Shown here: one piece after another, positions 1 to 14,303 of the stretch
Layout: the number at the start of each line of letters is the position of its first letter
How positions within the stretch are numbered: the stretch's first letter is position 1
From: Hemiscyllium ocellatum
Taxonomy: Eukaryota
Assembly (NCBI RefSeq): GCF_020745735.1
Contig: NC_083418.1
Span: forward strand, 49,741,776 to 49,805,775
Direction of reading: 5' to 3'
DNA length: 64,000 nucleotides
Notes under the pieces: model-generated
Told to the model about the DNA's origin: nothing
What the model saw: the letters and a program-made list of their open reading frames with translations, nothing else
Database searches by the model: none
Program-made: the position numbers and the translations under genes

Positions 1-2059
1 TAAAGCTCTCTACAGTAGCAAAAATCTTGTCCAGTACCTTTGGAACTTGGGCAATATTCCCAACATATCACTTAAGCTGGGACAATGGTTTGCTGTTAAT
101 GATTTGTTCGTTTTCAGCATAAATATACTGCAAACATTGATAATGTCTTGCTACCTCTGTCCCTTTTAATCAGTCTGTCCTCCTGTTTCAACTTTATCCA
201 CCTATCTAGTCTTTCTTCTTCTCCTGCCTTATTAATGCTTAACTTCTCCAGTTGTTTGAAGGTTGTTGTATATTTGTTTCAAATATCTGCTTTTCAATCT
301 TCTTCCTTCTAAGTTGGGTAAACAGCCCTTTGGATTTTTGAATTCTATTCATGATCCAACTCGATCACTTCTTTCTATCCTTCCAACTGACTATCCTCTG
401 CCACACATGTTTCAAAAGTTGTTTACTTTCTGTCATCATCTTTCTTCAGAATCAACCTTTCACATTCCATAGAGTGTGACATTCCCCGCTTCTGACTGCA
501 AGATTGCTTTTCAGCATCATGTTGATGGATTTGGATTTAAGATACTACTTATGTAAATTAATTTGTAAATTACTAAAGTAATTTGAGTTTCATTCTTGGT
601 GTTTATCATCAAGGTGATTGAAATTGGTGGTGTTAATATTTTTATATTAATTCTAGGTTATCTTGAACGATCCAGGATTCCTAACTTAGTTAAACAAACG
701 AACAAAAATCTATTACGTAACCTCAAACCATTCTTCTGCAAGAACTCTCCCAATATCCCAACAAAATTAATTTCAACTCCAACCTAACTAATTAGCTATT
801 TTTCAGTCACATCATTTCCAGAGAGAGATTTGTGATCAAATTTTATTTTTCTCTTCTCATGTTACTCTTTCTCCTTCCAGTTCCACACGAACCCATGCTG
901 TCTGCCTGCATTTTGCAAATGTTGCTGACACAAAATCCTAAGTAATAGGACTATACGTTGACCGTACTAACCTGCACTTTCATACTTCACACTCAGTGGT
1001 TACAATGCAGAAGGGTTGTTATTTGACCCATCATGCCAGCACCTGCTCTCTGAATGTTTTAAAATAATTCCAATCCTTTGCTGTTCCTCAACCATGTGTT
1101 CTTTTTCTAATGTTGGTACTGTGTGGATTAGTTGCTTGAAGTCACTGTCTAATAAACGGAGGATCCTGGGTCCACATTACAACAATGCCAAATATTTTGC
1201 TAGATGGCAGGTTTGCAATATACAGTGATGAGAGGTTACTATCTCACGCGCTCTCTTGCTCTCTTTCTCGAAATGTAGCCCTATGGTGGTTTTACCTTTT
1301 ACTTTTATTTAAATAATCATGTAATACTGTATTGAATGCTTCAATTGAACCTGTCTGCATCACACTTCTCGGAAGAACATTTCAGATCCTAGTCATTCAC
1401 TGTGTAGAACAGTTTATTCTTATTGTGAATTTGTTTCTTCTTGCAAATTTTTAAAAACTGTTGCCTCTGATTCTCAATCCTCTTACAAAGTGTCTCAACA
1501 TACTAAAATGTTCTTTCAGATCTCCTCTGTCTGAAAAAAACTGTCCCTACGGTTTCTCATCCTGGAATATTCTCATAAATCTCTTCTATGAACTCTTTAG
1601 TGTAATCACATCTGTCTTAGGGTGAGGTGCCCAGAACTGTGCACAATACTGTAGATGATGTACAACTTGGGTCCTTTATATGATCAGCCCAGCATCCATC
1701 TGTTATGCACAATGACCCATTAATGAAACCTAGAAAATTGTATGCCTTGTTAACAACTATCATGAACTGACCTGCTACCTTTTAATGACTTATCTTTATA
1801 TACACACACCTGTTCCTGCACACCCTTTAGAATAATACTGTTTTACATTACTCTCTCTCTATTCTTTGTACTAAGATGTATTAACTCCCACTTCTCTGCA
1901 TTGGATAAACATATGGATAATAATGGAATAGTGTAGGTTAGATGGGCTTCAGATTGGTTTCATAGATTGGCGCAACATAGAGGGCCAAAGGGCCTGTACT
2001 GCGTTGTAATGTTCTATGTTTTACGTTCTTTGCTGTCTGTTTGCCCAATGCACCATCAA

Positions 2060-2740
2060 TGGCCTTTAGAAGTTCTGCATTGCTCTTCTTCACACCAACA
2101 TCTAGGGACAGTGAGGGGGAGACAATTTATTTACATATGGGAAAAGCAAAGGCCCCAGTTACTATTGTCTACAATTATTAACTCTGAATTTCTCTCATTC
2201 TCCAATTTTCTCAACTCCAAAACTTCAAGCCCAAAAACAAACCATTTAACCATTTCTTATCCCTCACCTAATTTTTGTTTGCATCTTACTGCATGACCTA
2301 AAACGTGCTTTGCAAGTCTGCTGTGTGGTAAAGCCTTTTGCAAATCCATGTACTGTGCATCAACAGCCTCCTCAACGCTTGATGTTACCTGTTCAAAAAT
2401 ACTGCAAGTTAGATAGACATGATTTTTCTCTGAACAAATCAATGCTGATTGTTCCAGTTAAACTGCAGTTTTCATTTTGCCTACTAATTCCATTCTGAAT
2501 AATTGTTTCTAGAAATTTCCCTATCATTGCAAATATACATTTTGGGTGGTCTGTAATTTTTGCACTGATTGTTCCAAACGTTTTTTGAGCGAGGACACAA
2601 TGTTTGCAATTCTCTCGTTGTCCTACGCAAGTCCTGGATCCAGGGTAGACTTTTGCAAGTACCTCTGCAATGTCTACTCTCATTCCCTTCACCTTTTGAA
2701 TGCATCTCATCTGATTCAAATGTTTCACCAAGTCTGAAAA
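2060..2740 (-). mobile_element. Degenerate CR1 LINE RT fragment
   Basis: DAQYMDLQKALPHSRL corresponds to the CR1 motif DVVYLDFQKAFDKVPH. Confidence 0.6.
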
Positions 2741-3278
2741 TGTAATTAATGTCTCTCTATTGATTTATAAGCTCTCTAGATTGAGTTTAGTCCTGATTAA
2801 CCATGGCCTGGGTAGCATCTACCTCAGATATACTTGTAGAGTATTAATCTAGCATATCAGTCATGCCTCTTTCTTCTGTGTGTAAACCCCTATTTTTGGT
2901 CCCTAATTGACCTTCCTTCTCCTTTTATCACCTTTTTACTGTTGATGTGCTTATGGAAGGCTTTTTGGTATTTCACTTTGTTAATTGCATGCTTCTTTTT
3001 GAATTCCTTGCCCCCTCCCCCGCTTTTGAACTAATTATGTTCGCTGGTTCTCAATTGCATTTACTACCTTACACATCATAAACATAATTTTTCTTCTTCA
3101 ACTTTAATTTCAATCTCTACCATTTGTCATCCAGGGAGCTCTAGATTTGTTTGTATTCCCCTTTTTTCTTTTGAGAAAATATATCTTCACTCTTCTCTTT
3201 GGTGGTGGACTATCTTCAATCAGTGGTTGCAGTCTATTCAGTCCAACGCTGTTCTTTCTCCATTTGAGGTTGGTTAAG

Positions 3279-4505
3279 ACCATAAGACATAGGAGTGGAA
3301 GTAAGGCCATTCGGCCCATCGAGTCCACTCTGCCATTCAATCATGGCTGATGGGCATTTCAACTCCACTTACCAGCGTTCTCCCCGTAGCCCTTAATTCC
3401 TTGAGACAACAAGAATCTATCAATCTCTGCCTTGAAGACATTTAGTGTCGCGGCCTCCACAGCACTCCGTGGCAATGAATTCCACAGGCCCCACTACCCT
3501 CTGGCTGAAGAAATGTCTCTGCATTTCTGTTCTGAATTGACTCCCTCTAATTCTAAGGCTGTGTCCACGGGTCCTAGTCTCCTCACCTAATGGAAACAAT
3601 TTCCTAGCGTCCGCCCTTTCCAAGCCATGTATTATCTTGTACGTCTCTATTAAGTCTCCCCTTAACTCCAATGAATACAATCCCAGGATCCTCAGCCATT
3701 CCTCATATGTTAGACCTACCATTCCAGGGATCATCCGTGTGAATCTCCACTGGACACGTTCCAGTGCCGGTATTTCCTTCCTGAGGTATGGGGACCAAAA
3801 CTGGACACAGTACACCAAATGGGGCCTAACCAGAGCTTTATAAAGTCTCAGTAGCACATCTCTGCTTTTATATTCCAACCCTCTTGAGATAAGTGACAAC
3901 ATTGCATTCGCTTTCTTAATCACGGACTCAACCTGCATGTTTACCTTTAGAGAATCCTCGACTAGCACTCCCAGATCCCTTTGTACTTTGGCTTTACTAA
4001 TTTTCTCACCATTTAGAAAGTAGTCTATGTTTTTATTCTTTTTGCCAAAGTGCAAGACCTCGTATATGAGGAACGACTGAGGATCCTGGGATTGTTGAAT
4101 TCCATCAGTCATTTCCTGGACCACTCTCCCAAACTGTCTAGATCCTTCTGAAGCCTCCTCACTTCCTCAGTACTACCTGCCTGTCCACCTAACTTCGTAT
4201 CATCTGCAAACTTCGCTAGAATGCCCCCAGTCCCTTCATCCAAATCATTAATATATAATGCGAATAGCTGTGGCCCCAACACTGAACCCTGTGGGACACC
4301 GCTCGTCACTGGCTGCCATTCCGAAAAAGAACCTTTTTATCCCAACTCTCTGCCTTCTGTCAGACAGCCAATCCTCAATCCATTCCAGCAGCTCACCTCG
4401 AACACCATGGGCCCTCACCTTGCTCAGCAGCTTCCCGTGTGGCACCTTATCAAAGGCCTTTTGAAAGTCTAGATAGACCACATCCACTGGGTTTCCCTAG
4501 TCTAA
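3279..4505 (-). mobile_element. 5'-truncated CR1 LINE (RT C-terminal part and 3' UTR)
   Basis: ORFs give DVVYLDFQKAFDKVPH, GVPQGSVLGP, FADDTK and RPHLVYCVQFWSP, with frameshifts. Confidence 0.9.
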
Positions 4506-6532
4506 CCTTACTGGTTCTCTTACTAGTTGGTTATTCTTTCCCTGGGTGACCAGTGTCATTTTCTACTATCGTCCTAAACCTTATGATAGAAGATCACTGT
4601 TCTCCACTGTCACCTGAGAATCAGGGCGGCTGCATAAATCTAGAAATTGGTTTAGCAGTACCTTGTTTCTTGTTGGATTAAACACATACTATGATAAGCA
4701 ATTCTCCTGAACACAATCTAGGAATGGTTGCTCCTCACTGTCCCTTACAGTAGCATTATCCCAGTTCATATATCGCTAATTAAAGTCCTTCTTTATGACT
4801 GCTCATTGTCAGCATCTCTCTATCATTTTCCCTGCAGACTTGTTTGTCTGTATCTTTCCCACTCGGTGTTTTGTAGTCTACACTAAGTAATGCAGTTGCA
4901 CCCTTTTTATTCCTTAGGTCTCACCAAATTAATTCTGTCCTTCACCTCTGAAAGATCCTATCACAATTTGTTTCTTAACCTGAAACACTACCCTCCTTTT
5001 ACTTTCTTTCCTATATTTATGAACACCTTGTAACCAAGAATATTTATCACTTATACTTGTCCTTCCCTGACACAGGTTTCTGTTCTTACTGAGACATCCT
5101 AATTCCAAGTGATAATCTGTAGCTGTAACTCCCCAAGTTTGTTAACAATGTTCTATGAATTCACAAACATACAGATTAATTCTGGTTTAGACTTCATTAC
5201 TTTACTTTTGTTTTTTTTCAGACTTCACTCAAACTTATTTTTCTCTAGTTCAGCATGATCAGCCTGTCTTGGCACTTTATGTACCCTGATATTACTTTCT
5301 ATCTTCTGTCCCCATTCCCTGCTGATTTTTTTTAAACCCTCACCAGTAAAATGCCCTGCATTCTGTCAGGGGCAAGCTATCTGACTTGTACAGACGCCAT
5401 CTTTCCGAAAGTCAATCCTGGTGTCCTTCCTTCATGAGGTTTCTAGTCAAGATATATCTACCTGAGAATAATCTGGAGATTAATATTTTAGAAGTCTGAT
5501 TGCTATTTTTCTCCATAACTCCCTCAATTTTGATTACAGGACATCATCCCCCTTCCTGCCCATGTTATTAGTACTAATTTGGAACACAAACCCTGACTAT
5601 TCATCCTCCCAAGAAGAACATTTTGCAATTATTCCGTGACATCATTGACCCTCTCACTGGACAAGCAACATATCCACCTGGACTCACATTGATAGTGCCT
5701 CTGTTTACAAATTCAAGGATCTTATAAGCTGCCTTAACAATTGCACCTTGGCCACAATTGTGCTTCTGAACCTCAAGGTCCTCTGCTCCTGTCCTTCCCT
5801 CAAAGTTCTAGCATGGATCCTGTATTGTCTCTCTATGTTTCTTCTATAAAAATGCAGTACCTTACATTTCTCTGTATTGAAATTCATCTGCCAAGTGTTT
5901 GTCCATTTGACCAATTTGCCAATTTGTTGGATTTAAGCCTCTGAAATTTCTTCAATTTCATGTCTTTGCTCATATTAATTAACTTAATTTTGCTCACACT
6001 TTCTTGTGTCTGGATTCCTGTCTTTTTTCTATGTAACTTGTATCTTTTGTTGTGAACACAGAGACTAACTATTTGTTCATAATCGTTGCCATTTCTTCTC
6101 CATAATTCCTTCTTTCTCTGTTTCTAAGGTACCAACATTTGCATTAGCAGATCTCTTCCTTTTTATTAAGGTTGCAATAGCTATTACGGTCTGTTGTTAA
6201 ATGTCTGCTGAGTTCACATACAACTTTTCCCCCTTTTTTCGTATTCAACATCTTGATGATGCTGAAGAATTTATTTGTATAAATCTTCACGTTCTGGAGC
6301 TCATGTGAATTCGAGAAATGCTGAAAATGCTAACCAACAGCTGCTGGAAATAAACTCATGTTATTTAGAACTGTGAAGACTCTTTAACATGAAATGTTCA
6401 ACGATCTTTATCAACTTACAATGCATTTTTTTAGTTTTAAATACTTCAAACCATTGTCTTGGAATAAGTCTCAATTTTCAGATATTGTTCTATTTTGCTA
6501 TTCACTTCAAAACAACTGTTTGTTACCTACAG

Positions 6533-6649
6533 AGCCAGAAGTTGTTGTACCAGTAGGGATAATAACTGGATGTGTCATCGTTAGCATATTGGCATGTACA
6601 GCAATTGCGGGCATTGGATTTTTTGTGTACTTCAAGTACCTTAAAAAAG
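6533..6649 (+). CDS. Gene 1 transmembrane exon (EPEVVVPVGIITGCVIVSILACTAIAGIGFFVYFKYLKK), phase 1-1
   Basis: Acceptor ttacctacag| and donor AAAG|gtaatg. About 25 hydrophobic residues followed by KYLKK. Same length and phase as the gene 2 TM exon. Confidence 0.85.
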
Positions 6650-7299
6650 GTAATGCATCCTTCAATTCACTTTACAAGTACAGCAACTGCAAATTATTAG
6701 ATAATTCTTGCTTTGTAGTATGATGGTTCATCTCTGTTGAAGTTTTTGTTTACAGTGTTTTCCTTGGAACAGGGCTGCATCTGATTATATCAGAGTTGAA
6801 ACTGAAATTATACAACAAGCAGCATTAATGATCTTAGTGCAATGTTTAGCTAAGGAGACCCAACATCATGCATTTGCTCATAAAACAAGCTTCAGATTTT
6901 CAGTAAAATTTTAAGAAATTGTAAATGATTGATGAATAATAGTGTGACAACGTAATAATTTTTATTCTGTGACTGAATGCTACTTTGTTTATATCTGAGT
7001 GCTGTTCATTATCTGAACAACTCAGTTTAAAGCTACAATGTCCAGCAAAAGAGGAAATGTAATTATCTTTAAAGTATCCTGCAGTTTTGTTCTCTGCCTT
7101 CAGCATTTGACTCAAAATGAAACAGCACTGAACTGAGAAGCAAATTAAATGCATGGAAAGAAGCTCAAAAATGTCCCACTTCTTTGCTACCCTAGTCTTG
7201 TGTGAGCAGTCATGCTGTCACATCTTTGTTTTCAGAACTTTCTCATACCCTTCTTAATATATTTTTGATTTGGAGGAGCCAGTGTTGGACTGGGGTGGA

Positions 7300-7470
7300 C
7301 AAAGTTAAAATTCACAACACCAGGCTAAAATCCAACAGGTTTATTTGAAAGCACTAGCTTTCGGAGCACTGCTCCTTCAACAGGTGATTACGGGCTGACT
7401 AATGAAGGAGCAGTGCTCCAAAAGCTAGTGCTTCCAAATAAGTCTGCTGGTGTTGTGTGATTTTTAACTT
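7300..7470. repeat. Penelope-derived fold-back (inverted repeat) element; related copies near 16790-16915 and 56698-56880
   Basis: The arm aagttaaaa..cacaacaccag..gcactagctttcggagcactgctccttca is mirrored by its reverse complement. Confidence 0.7.
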
Positions 7471-8117
7471 AATATATTTTGAGCTCATAAACTGATCTGT
7501 TGATGTTTGTATCTGTCTGATTCAACTTTGTTGAAATTCACCACAGCTTGTCTATCTTTTGTGCAAATGGTGTGTTTCAATTTAGTTATCTCTATCTCTT
7601 TGGGAGATTTGTGACTTTCACATTGTGTTTGTTGCCTGATCTTATGTCTACTGATTTTTCTCCTCATACTTCTCTGTTTACCTGTTTTTCTTTGTGGATC
7701 TCTCTCTTTAGCTTGGATGATCTTTCTCACTATGTTGTGAAATGCTGGCTTCCACCATACATTACTGATCTCTACTGTTCTGTTTGTTGATGTATTTCTG
7801 TCCTTTGGTCCTGAACTTTTTGCACTTTAGCCTTAATTTTATATTTGGTGGATGATCTGATTTGTTTGTTTATGACTCCCCATCTCCTAGAACTTTATTT
7901 TAACTTTAAGGAGACTAATGATTATTTTGGTCAAGACAAATTTCTTTCAGTAAGAGATGATATTTTAATTTCATTACTGTTTATAAATGAAACTACTGTT
8001 GATGATCTTTGTTATTCCAGTAAAAGTATTCTGTCATACGATGGATTAATGTTGATGTTTTGAAATGACTGAACCTGTGGCAAACAGTGGATAAATATCT
8101 AAATATTTCATTTTTAG

Positions 8118-8552
8118 TTCCTCCAAAAGTTTCTGATATCAGCCAACCTCCAAGACTTATACATTTTCAAGAGGCTCTTCTGAATTGTCAGATTTCTGGA
8201 TATAGGCCTGAGAACGTTTCTATTAGTTGGTTGTTACAAAGAAGAGATGATAGAGCACCAAAGGAAATTTATTTATGGAGCCCTACACCTCAGACCCTAC
8301 AGAATTCAGGAGGAGATGAGCAGAAGAAACTTATTTCAAACTATACATATCAAACTGAAGAAGAGGATAAATCCTTCAAGTTTAAGGTGCCAACTGTTAA
8401 ATGCAACAATGATGGTAGCTCCAGTGTGAATTGCAAAGTTTTGTTCTGGCCTGATATTGAAACTGATAATGGAGCTGTCCTCCAGGTTAAAGTCCACCAT
8501 AGCACTCTCAATATGCCTATAATTAGGAAGACTTGTCTGAAAGTTGAAGGTG
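8118..8552 (+). CDS. Gene 1 post-TM Ig C1-set domain D1 (145 codons, long central insertion)
   Basis: tttttag| ... GGTG|gtaagt. Motifs LNCQISGYRPENVSISW and LQVKVHHSTL. Within ORF 8087-8560. Confidence 0.85.
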
Positions 8553-9004
8553 GTAAGTAAATTAAAGTGATTGCCAATCAAATATATATCCAAAGAAATG
8601 TTGTTAACACAGAGGTATGCATGTATACTTGCACATGGGGCTTGGTTAGTTTAGTTAGCTAGATAGCTGGATTGTGATGCCAAATGAGCCAGTAATGTAG
8701 ATTCGATTCCCACACCAGCTGAGGTTACCATGAAGATCCTGTTTTCTTGACCTCTCCCTTTCCCTCACCACCAGTCATCTCTCTTTTATGAGTGGGAAGC
8801 TGTATGGTTCTCTGGAACTATGGCAATTTAACCTATACTTTTGCAGAAACATACATGCAACTATCTTGTTGTAGGATGGTTTCCAGAATATCATGGGTAA
8901 ACTGATCTACCATTGCACAAGGCAAGAAAACTGGTCACTGGCTTACTAAACCCCAAATTGTTCTGACCATTTATGTTTTATCCATCTCATTATATACACT
9001 TTAT

Positions 9005-9430
9005 GAAGTCAGAGAGTTGTACAGTGTGTAAACAGACCCTTTGGTCCAACTCATCCATGCTAACCAGATAATCTAAATTAATCTGCTAGCATTTGGCCTG
9101 TATCCCTCCTGAACCCTTCCTATTCATGTACCCATCCAGATGCCTTTTAAATGTTGTCATTGTATCAGCCTCCACCACTTCCTCTGGCAACTCGTTCCAT
9201 AAATACACCATACTCTGCGTGAAAAAGTTGCCCTGAAGTCCTTTTCAAATCTTTCCCCTCTCCCCTTAAACTCTATGCCCTGTACTTCTGGACTTCCTTG
9301 GTCTGGGAAGAAAAACCTAGTCTATTCACCCTATCCATGCCACTCATGATTTTATAAACCTCTGTAAGGTTTATATACCTCTGCCATTGATGCTCCAGGG
9401 AGTATAGCCCCAGCCTATTCAGCCTGTACA
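9005..9430 (-). mobile_element. CR1 LINE 3' fragment
   Basis: RLNRLGLYSLE..TEVYKIMSGMDRVN motif and a typical CR1 3' UTR. Confidence 0.75.
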
Positions 9431-10171
9431 TCCTCTGTTTCCACTGCCCTTCTGTTTCATATTGCATAACCTTATTATAGGAGCAGTTGGACAATAAATA
9501 AAGCAACAGTTCAATATTGAGAGAGGGATGTCAAAACTGAATTTTTGCCCACCCATGTACAGGATTGAAATGACAGGAAATTCAGTAGAGTGTGGATGTT
9601 CCATTGTTACTCATTGGTGAATAAATCCTTAATCGTGTGCGTTTAGCTGAAGAGTTGGCAACCACTTTATTAGCTGAAGAGTCTTCTCAAAATAAACATT
9701 GGGAGCCTCAAGACTATAAATAAAATGATGGAGTAAAGGCATAAGCATGCCTTAACAAGAAAATGATTGCGTTTTTGAGAATTTAAGGATTATTAAGCAT
9801 ATACTTCATGCTGTTAAAAAAAAAGTAATTTGTTTTGACTTCTCTCCGACAATGGTATGAATGACCACAGTTACTACTAAATTTCTTGTAATTTCAATCC
9901 TGTACATAGTTGGGCAAAAATACAGTTTTGACATCACTGGAATAGATAGAACAATTATTTATGTTGTCGAAGTTGTTTCACAAATCTTGATTTTGACCTC
10001 AACTTTATCATCATTTTTACCAGAGAATCATAGCACTACGTTACCTTTCATGTAGAATGCAAACATGTTTCCACTTGTTGATTGTAATATGACAGGTTTT
10101 AATAACCTATTCAATTCACTGTTTTGGCTATGGCAGAAGCAGTAATGGTTATAACAGTAAAACAACCTGTT

Positions 10172-11635
10172 CATGAGTCACGTACAGCACGGAAACGGAC
10201 CCTTCGGTCCAAGCTGCCCATGCCGACCAGTTATCACAACCCAATCTAATTCCACCTGTCAGCACCCGGCCCATATCCTTCCAAACCCTTCCTATTCATA
10301 GACCCATCAAAATGCCTTTTAAATGTTGCAAATGTACCGGCTTCCACCACTTCCTCTGGCAGCTCATTCCATACACGTACAACTCTCTGTGTGAAAAAGA
10401 TGCCCCTTAGGTCCCTTTTTATATCTTTCCCCTCTCACCCTAAACCTATGCCCTCTAGTTCTGGACTCCTCCAACCAGGGAAAAGACTTTGTCTGTTTAT
10501 CCTATCCATGCCCCTCATAATTTTGTGAACCTCTAAAACGTCACCCCTCGGCCTCTAACACTTCAAGGAAAACAGCCCCAGCCTGTTCAGCCTCTCCCTG
10601 TAGCTCAAATCTTCCAACCCTGGCAATATCCTTGTAAATCATTTCTGAACCCTTTCAAGTTTCACAACATCTTTCTGACGGGAGGGAGACCAAAATTGTA
10701 CGTAATATTCCAAAAGTGGCCTAACCAATGTCCTGTACAGCCGCAACATGACCTCCCAACTCCTGTACTCAATACTCTGACCGATAAAGGAAAGCATACC
10801 AAACGCCGCCTTCACTATCCTATCTCTCTGCGACTCCATTTTCAAGGAGCTATGAGCCTGCACTCCAAGGCCTGTTTGTTCAGCAAAACTCCCTCAGACC
10901 TTAGCATTATGTGTATGATTCCTGCTAAGATTTGCTTTCCAAAAATGCAGCACCTCCCATTTATCTGAATTAAACTCCATCTGCCACTTCTCAGCCCATT
11001 GGCCCATCCGATCAAGATCCTGTTGTAATCTGAGGTAACCCTCTTTGCTGACCAATACACTTCCAATTTTGGTGTCATCTGCAAACTTACTAATTGTACC
11101 TCTTATGCTCGCATCCAAATCATTTATATAAAGTAGTGGACCCAGCACCGATCCTTGTGGCACTCTACTGGTCACAGACCTCCAGTCTGAAAAACAACCC
11201 CCCACTACCACCTCTGTCTCCTACCTTTGAGCCAGTTCTGTATCCAATTGGCTAGTTCTCCCTGTATTCTGTGAGATCTAACCTTGCTAACTAGTCTCCC
11301 ATGGGGAACCTTTTCGAATACCTTACTGAAGTCCATATAGATCACATCTACCACTCTGCCCTCATCAATCCTCTTTGTTACTTCTTCAAAAACTCAATCA
11401 AGTTTGTGAGACATGATTTTCCCATTCACAAGCCATGTTGACTATCTCTAATCAGTCTTTGCCTTTCTAAATACATGTACATCTTGTCCCTCCGGATTCC
11501 CTCTAACAACTTGCCCACCATCGACATCTGGCTCACTGGTCTATAGTCCCCTGGCTTGTCCTTCCCACTCTCCTTAAACAGTGGCACCACGTTAGCCAAC
11601 ATCCAGTCTTCTGGCACTTCACCTGTGACTATCAA
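10172..11635 (-). mobile_element. CR1 LINE RT region and 3' end, degenerate
   Basis: VPEDWMLANVVPLFK, VPQGSVLGP, FADDTK and RPLLEYYVQFWSP across several frames. Confidence 0.9.
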
Positions 11636-12159
11636 GCTAAAACATTTTGAATAATTGCATTGTGGCTGTGCGACTCAAAACACAGTGATGTTTCACATTA
11701 AAATTATAATCTTAAGGTATGATTTGTCTGGTTAGCATGCAAAACAATACTTTCCATTTTACTTCCATACATGTGACAGTAATAAATCAAATTAATGCCT
11801 CTACAATCTCTTTCAGAATGCTGAATGTAGTCAATCCAGTCTGGGTGGTTTATCTGCCTTCAGACCTTTCAGCTTCCCCAGCACCTTCTGTTTAGTGACA
11901 GCTACTGAACTCACCTGTAAACTCGGACTCATGAAGTTCTGGTATGCTATTGGTGTCTTCCACCAGGAAGACTGATGCAAAGTACCTATTCAGTACCTCT
12001 GCCATTTGGTCACATGTAATCCCATTTATGGTACTTTCCCATATTATTGGAATGTGGTATTGTACCTTTTTAAGTAGCAATCTATATTTATTACTTCTAA
12101 ATTTAGAAAAAACACTGCTCAATTTTTGAATGAAATGACAAGAAAATAAATAATGATGT

Positions 12160-12760
12160 GAACAGTAAGAAGAGGTCATGTTGCAGCTGTAGAGGTCATT
12201 GGTTAGGCCACTGTTGGAATATTGCGTGCAATTCTCGTCTCCTTCCTATCAGAAAAATGTTGTGAAACTTGAAAGGGTTCAGAAAAGATTTACAAGAAGG
12301 TTGCCAGGGTTGGAGGATTTGAGCTGTCAGGAGAGGCTGAACAAGCTGGGACTGTTTTCCCTGGAGTGTCGGAGGCTGAGGGGTGACCTTATAGAGGTTT
12401 ACAACATTATGAAGGGCATGAATAGGGTTAAATAGGCAAAGTCATTTCCCTGTGGTTGGAGCATCCAGAACTAGAGGGCATAGGTTTAGGGTGAGAGGGG
12501 AAAAATATAAAAGAGACTTAAGGGGCAGCTTTTTCTCACATAGGGTGGTATGTGTATGGAATGAGCTGCCAGAGGAAGTAGTGAAAGCTGGTACAATTGC
12601 AACAATTAAGAGGCATTTGGATGGGTATATGAATAGGAAGGGTTTGGAGGGATATGGGCCAGGTACTGCATGTGGGACTAGATTGGGTTGGAATATCTGG
12701 TCAGCATAGACGGTTGGACCGAAGGGTCTGTTTCCAAGCTGTACATCTCTGTGACTCGAA
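12160..12760 (+). mobile_element. CR1 LINE 3' fragment
   Basis: RPLLEYCVQF..LERVQKRFTR..LFSLECRRLRGDL. Confidence 0.85.
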
Positions 12761-13794
12761 TAAAGATCATGGCCCATCATCTTTCAAATGACCAAGAACA
12801 TCTGCCTCTGCTTGCATATGACATGATTAAAAGGTTAGCAGGAATCAGTTATAAAACTATAAGATTTCACAAAAGATTGTTGACACCAGGCAACACACAT
12901 AGCAGTCCTAATGGTAGGAACAGTCATCATTTCACTTGGGTGGTTACACTTTTTCTTTATACCTGTACTAATGTGCTGCTCATTACATCAACAAATTGCA
13001 TTTTTCAGTACTTACACTGGTTTGTATGACAAAGTTTTATTTTCCAAAGTAGAGGAGGACAAGCAAAGATTTGGGTGATGTGTCAAGACCTGAAGCCCAA
13101 TCTGTGTGAAGAAAGTAGTCCTGTTTCTGTCATGGTGGTTTATGAAATCAAGTACTTGGAAGTGTTCCACAATGCTTTCAGTCATTTGACTTCTGCTCTG
13201 CAGAGTATCAATTTGTATGCAGTGAAAGGTCTATAATGTTGGGAAAACTCTTGACCTGCGTCAGCAAGACAACACCTTATGATATGGAATCTCAATCTAG
13301 TTAGCAGATATATGGTACTGATGCCTAAGTTTGAGAGATTCTTCTAAAGAACAAGATCTTTGCCCATGTTTGCTTTCAAATTCCGTAGATTAACTCTTGC
13401 TTACATTTTTCTTCCGTACTGCATTTGTGAAGATTAAAATGTTTACAAAGTTATTTTTGAGCATTTACACTGTTTTTCTTTTTTCTCCTTTGACCATTTC
13501 CTGTAAGTTGATGCATCCTTTTAAAATTTGAGCCTTAATAACTGCACTTTTGCAATATTTTGTGTTGTGTCCAATCTGCTGAATAAGAATGCAGTAGTAC
13601 AGGCCATGTTTTAAAATTCTATTCCTGGTTGTGTTATAACATTCAGTGAGACCAGCAGACCAGTCTATGGCCTAGTTTGAATCCCGCACACCAATATTAG
13701 CAGTATTTTTGAAAAAAGATCAGGACTTCTGAATTGTCTTTTTATGGTTAATATACTATAGATAATATAATTGTCAGGTTTAATTTTAAGTCGC

Positions 13795-14190
13795 TGGATG
13801 TAGGTTTGCTCGCTGAGCTGGAAGGTTCATTTCCAGACGTTTCATCACCCTACTAGGTACCATCTTCAGTGGCCCTCGGGGCGAAGCACTGTTGAGAATT
13901 CCTGCTTTCTGTTGATATGTTTGGGTTTCTTTGGGTTGGTGACATCATTTCCAGTGGTAATGTCATTTCCTTTTTTTTTCTCGGGGGTGTTCGATGGACC
14001 CCATCTACCACCCTTGAGAAAAAGAACAGAAAATGATATCACCACAGGAAATGACATCACCAAGCCAAAGATATAAATAAAAAGCAGGAATTAACACCAG
14101 TGCTTCACCTGAAGGGCCACTGAAGATGTTACCTAGTGGGGTGAAGAAACATCTGGAAACCAGCTTAGTAAGCAAACTTACATCCAGAAC
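13795..14190. repeat. Penelope-derived inverted repeat (~190-bp arms) with hammerhead-like cores
   Basis: ggatgtaggtttgc...cttcagtggccct is mirrored by agggccactgaag...gcaaacttacatcc. Confidence 0.75.
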
Positions 14191-14303
14191 CTCAACCTGA
14201 CCTACAAATCTTCTCAAAACTCGCTAATTTTAAGTAGCCTATGTTTATAAATTCTCACAACTTTTAAACATGATTGTATTTTCTTTCCTTTATATAAAAA
14301 AAG

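Noticed and set aside
845-950. Strong-looking acceptor (ctctttctccttccag|) as a possible upstream C1 exon of gene 1
   Set aside because: The phase-1 frame stops after about 21 codons and has no Ig motifs. The gene 1 ectodomain exons are not in this window.
263-6000. Many short ORFs in the track
   Set aside because: They are antisense or alternative frames of degenerate LINE fragments, with no splice-consistent domain content.
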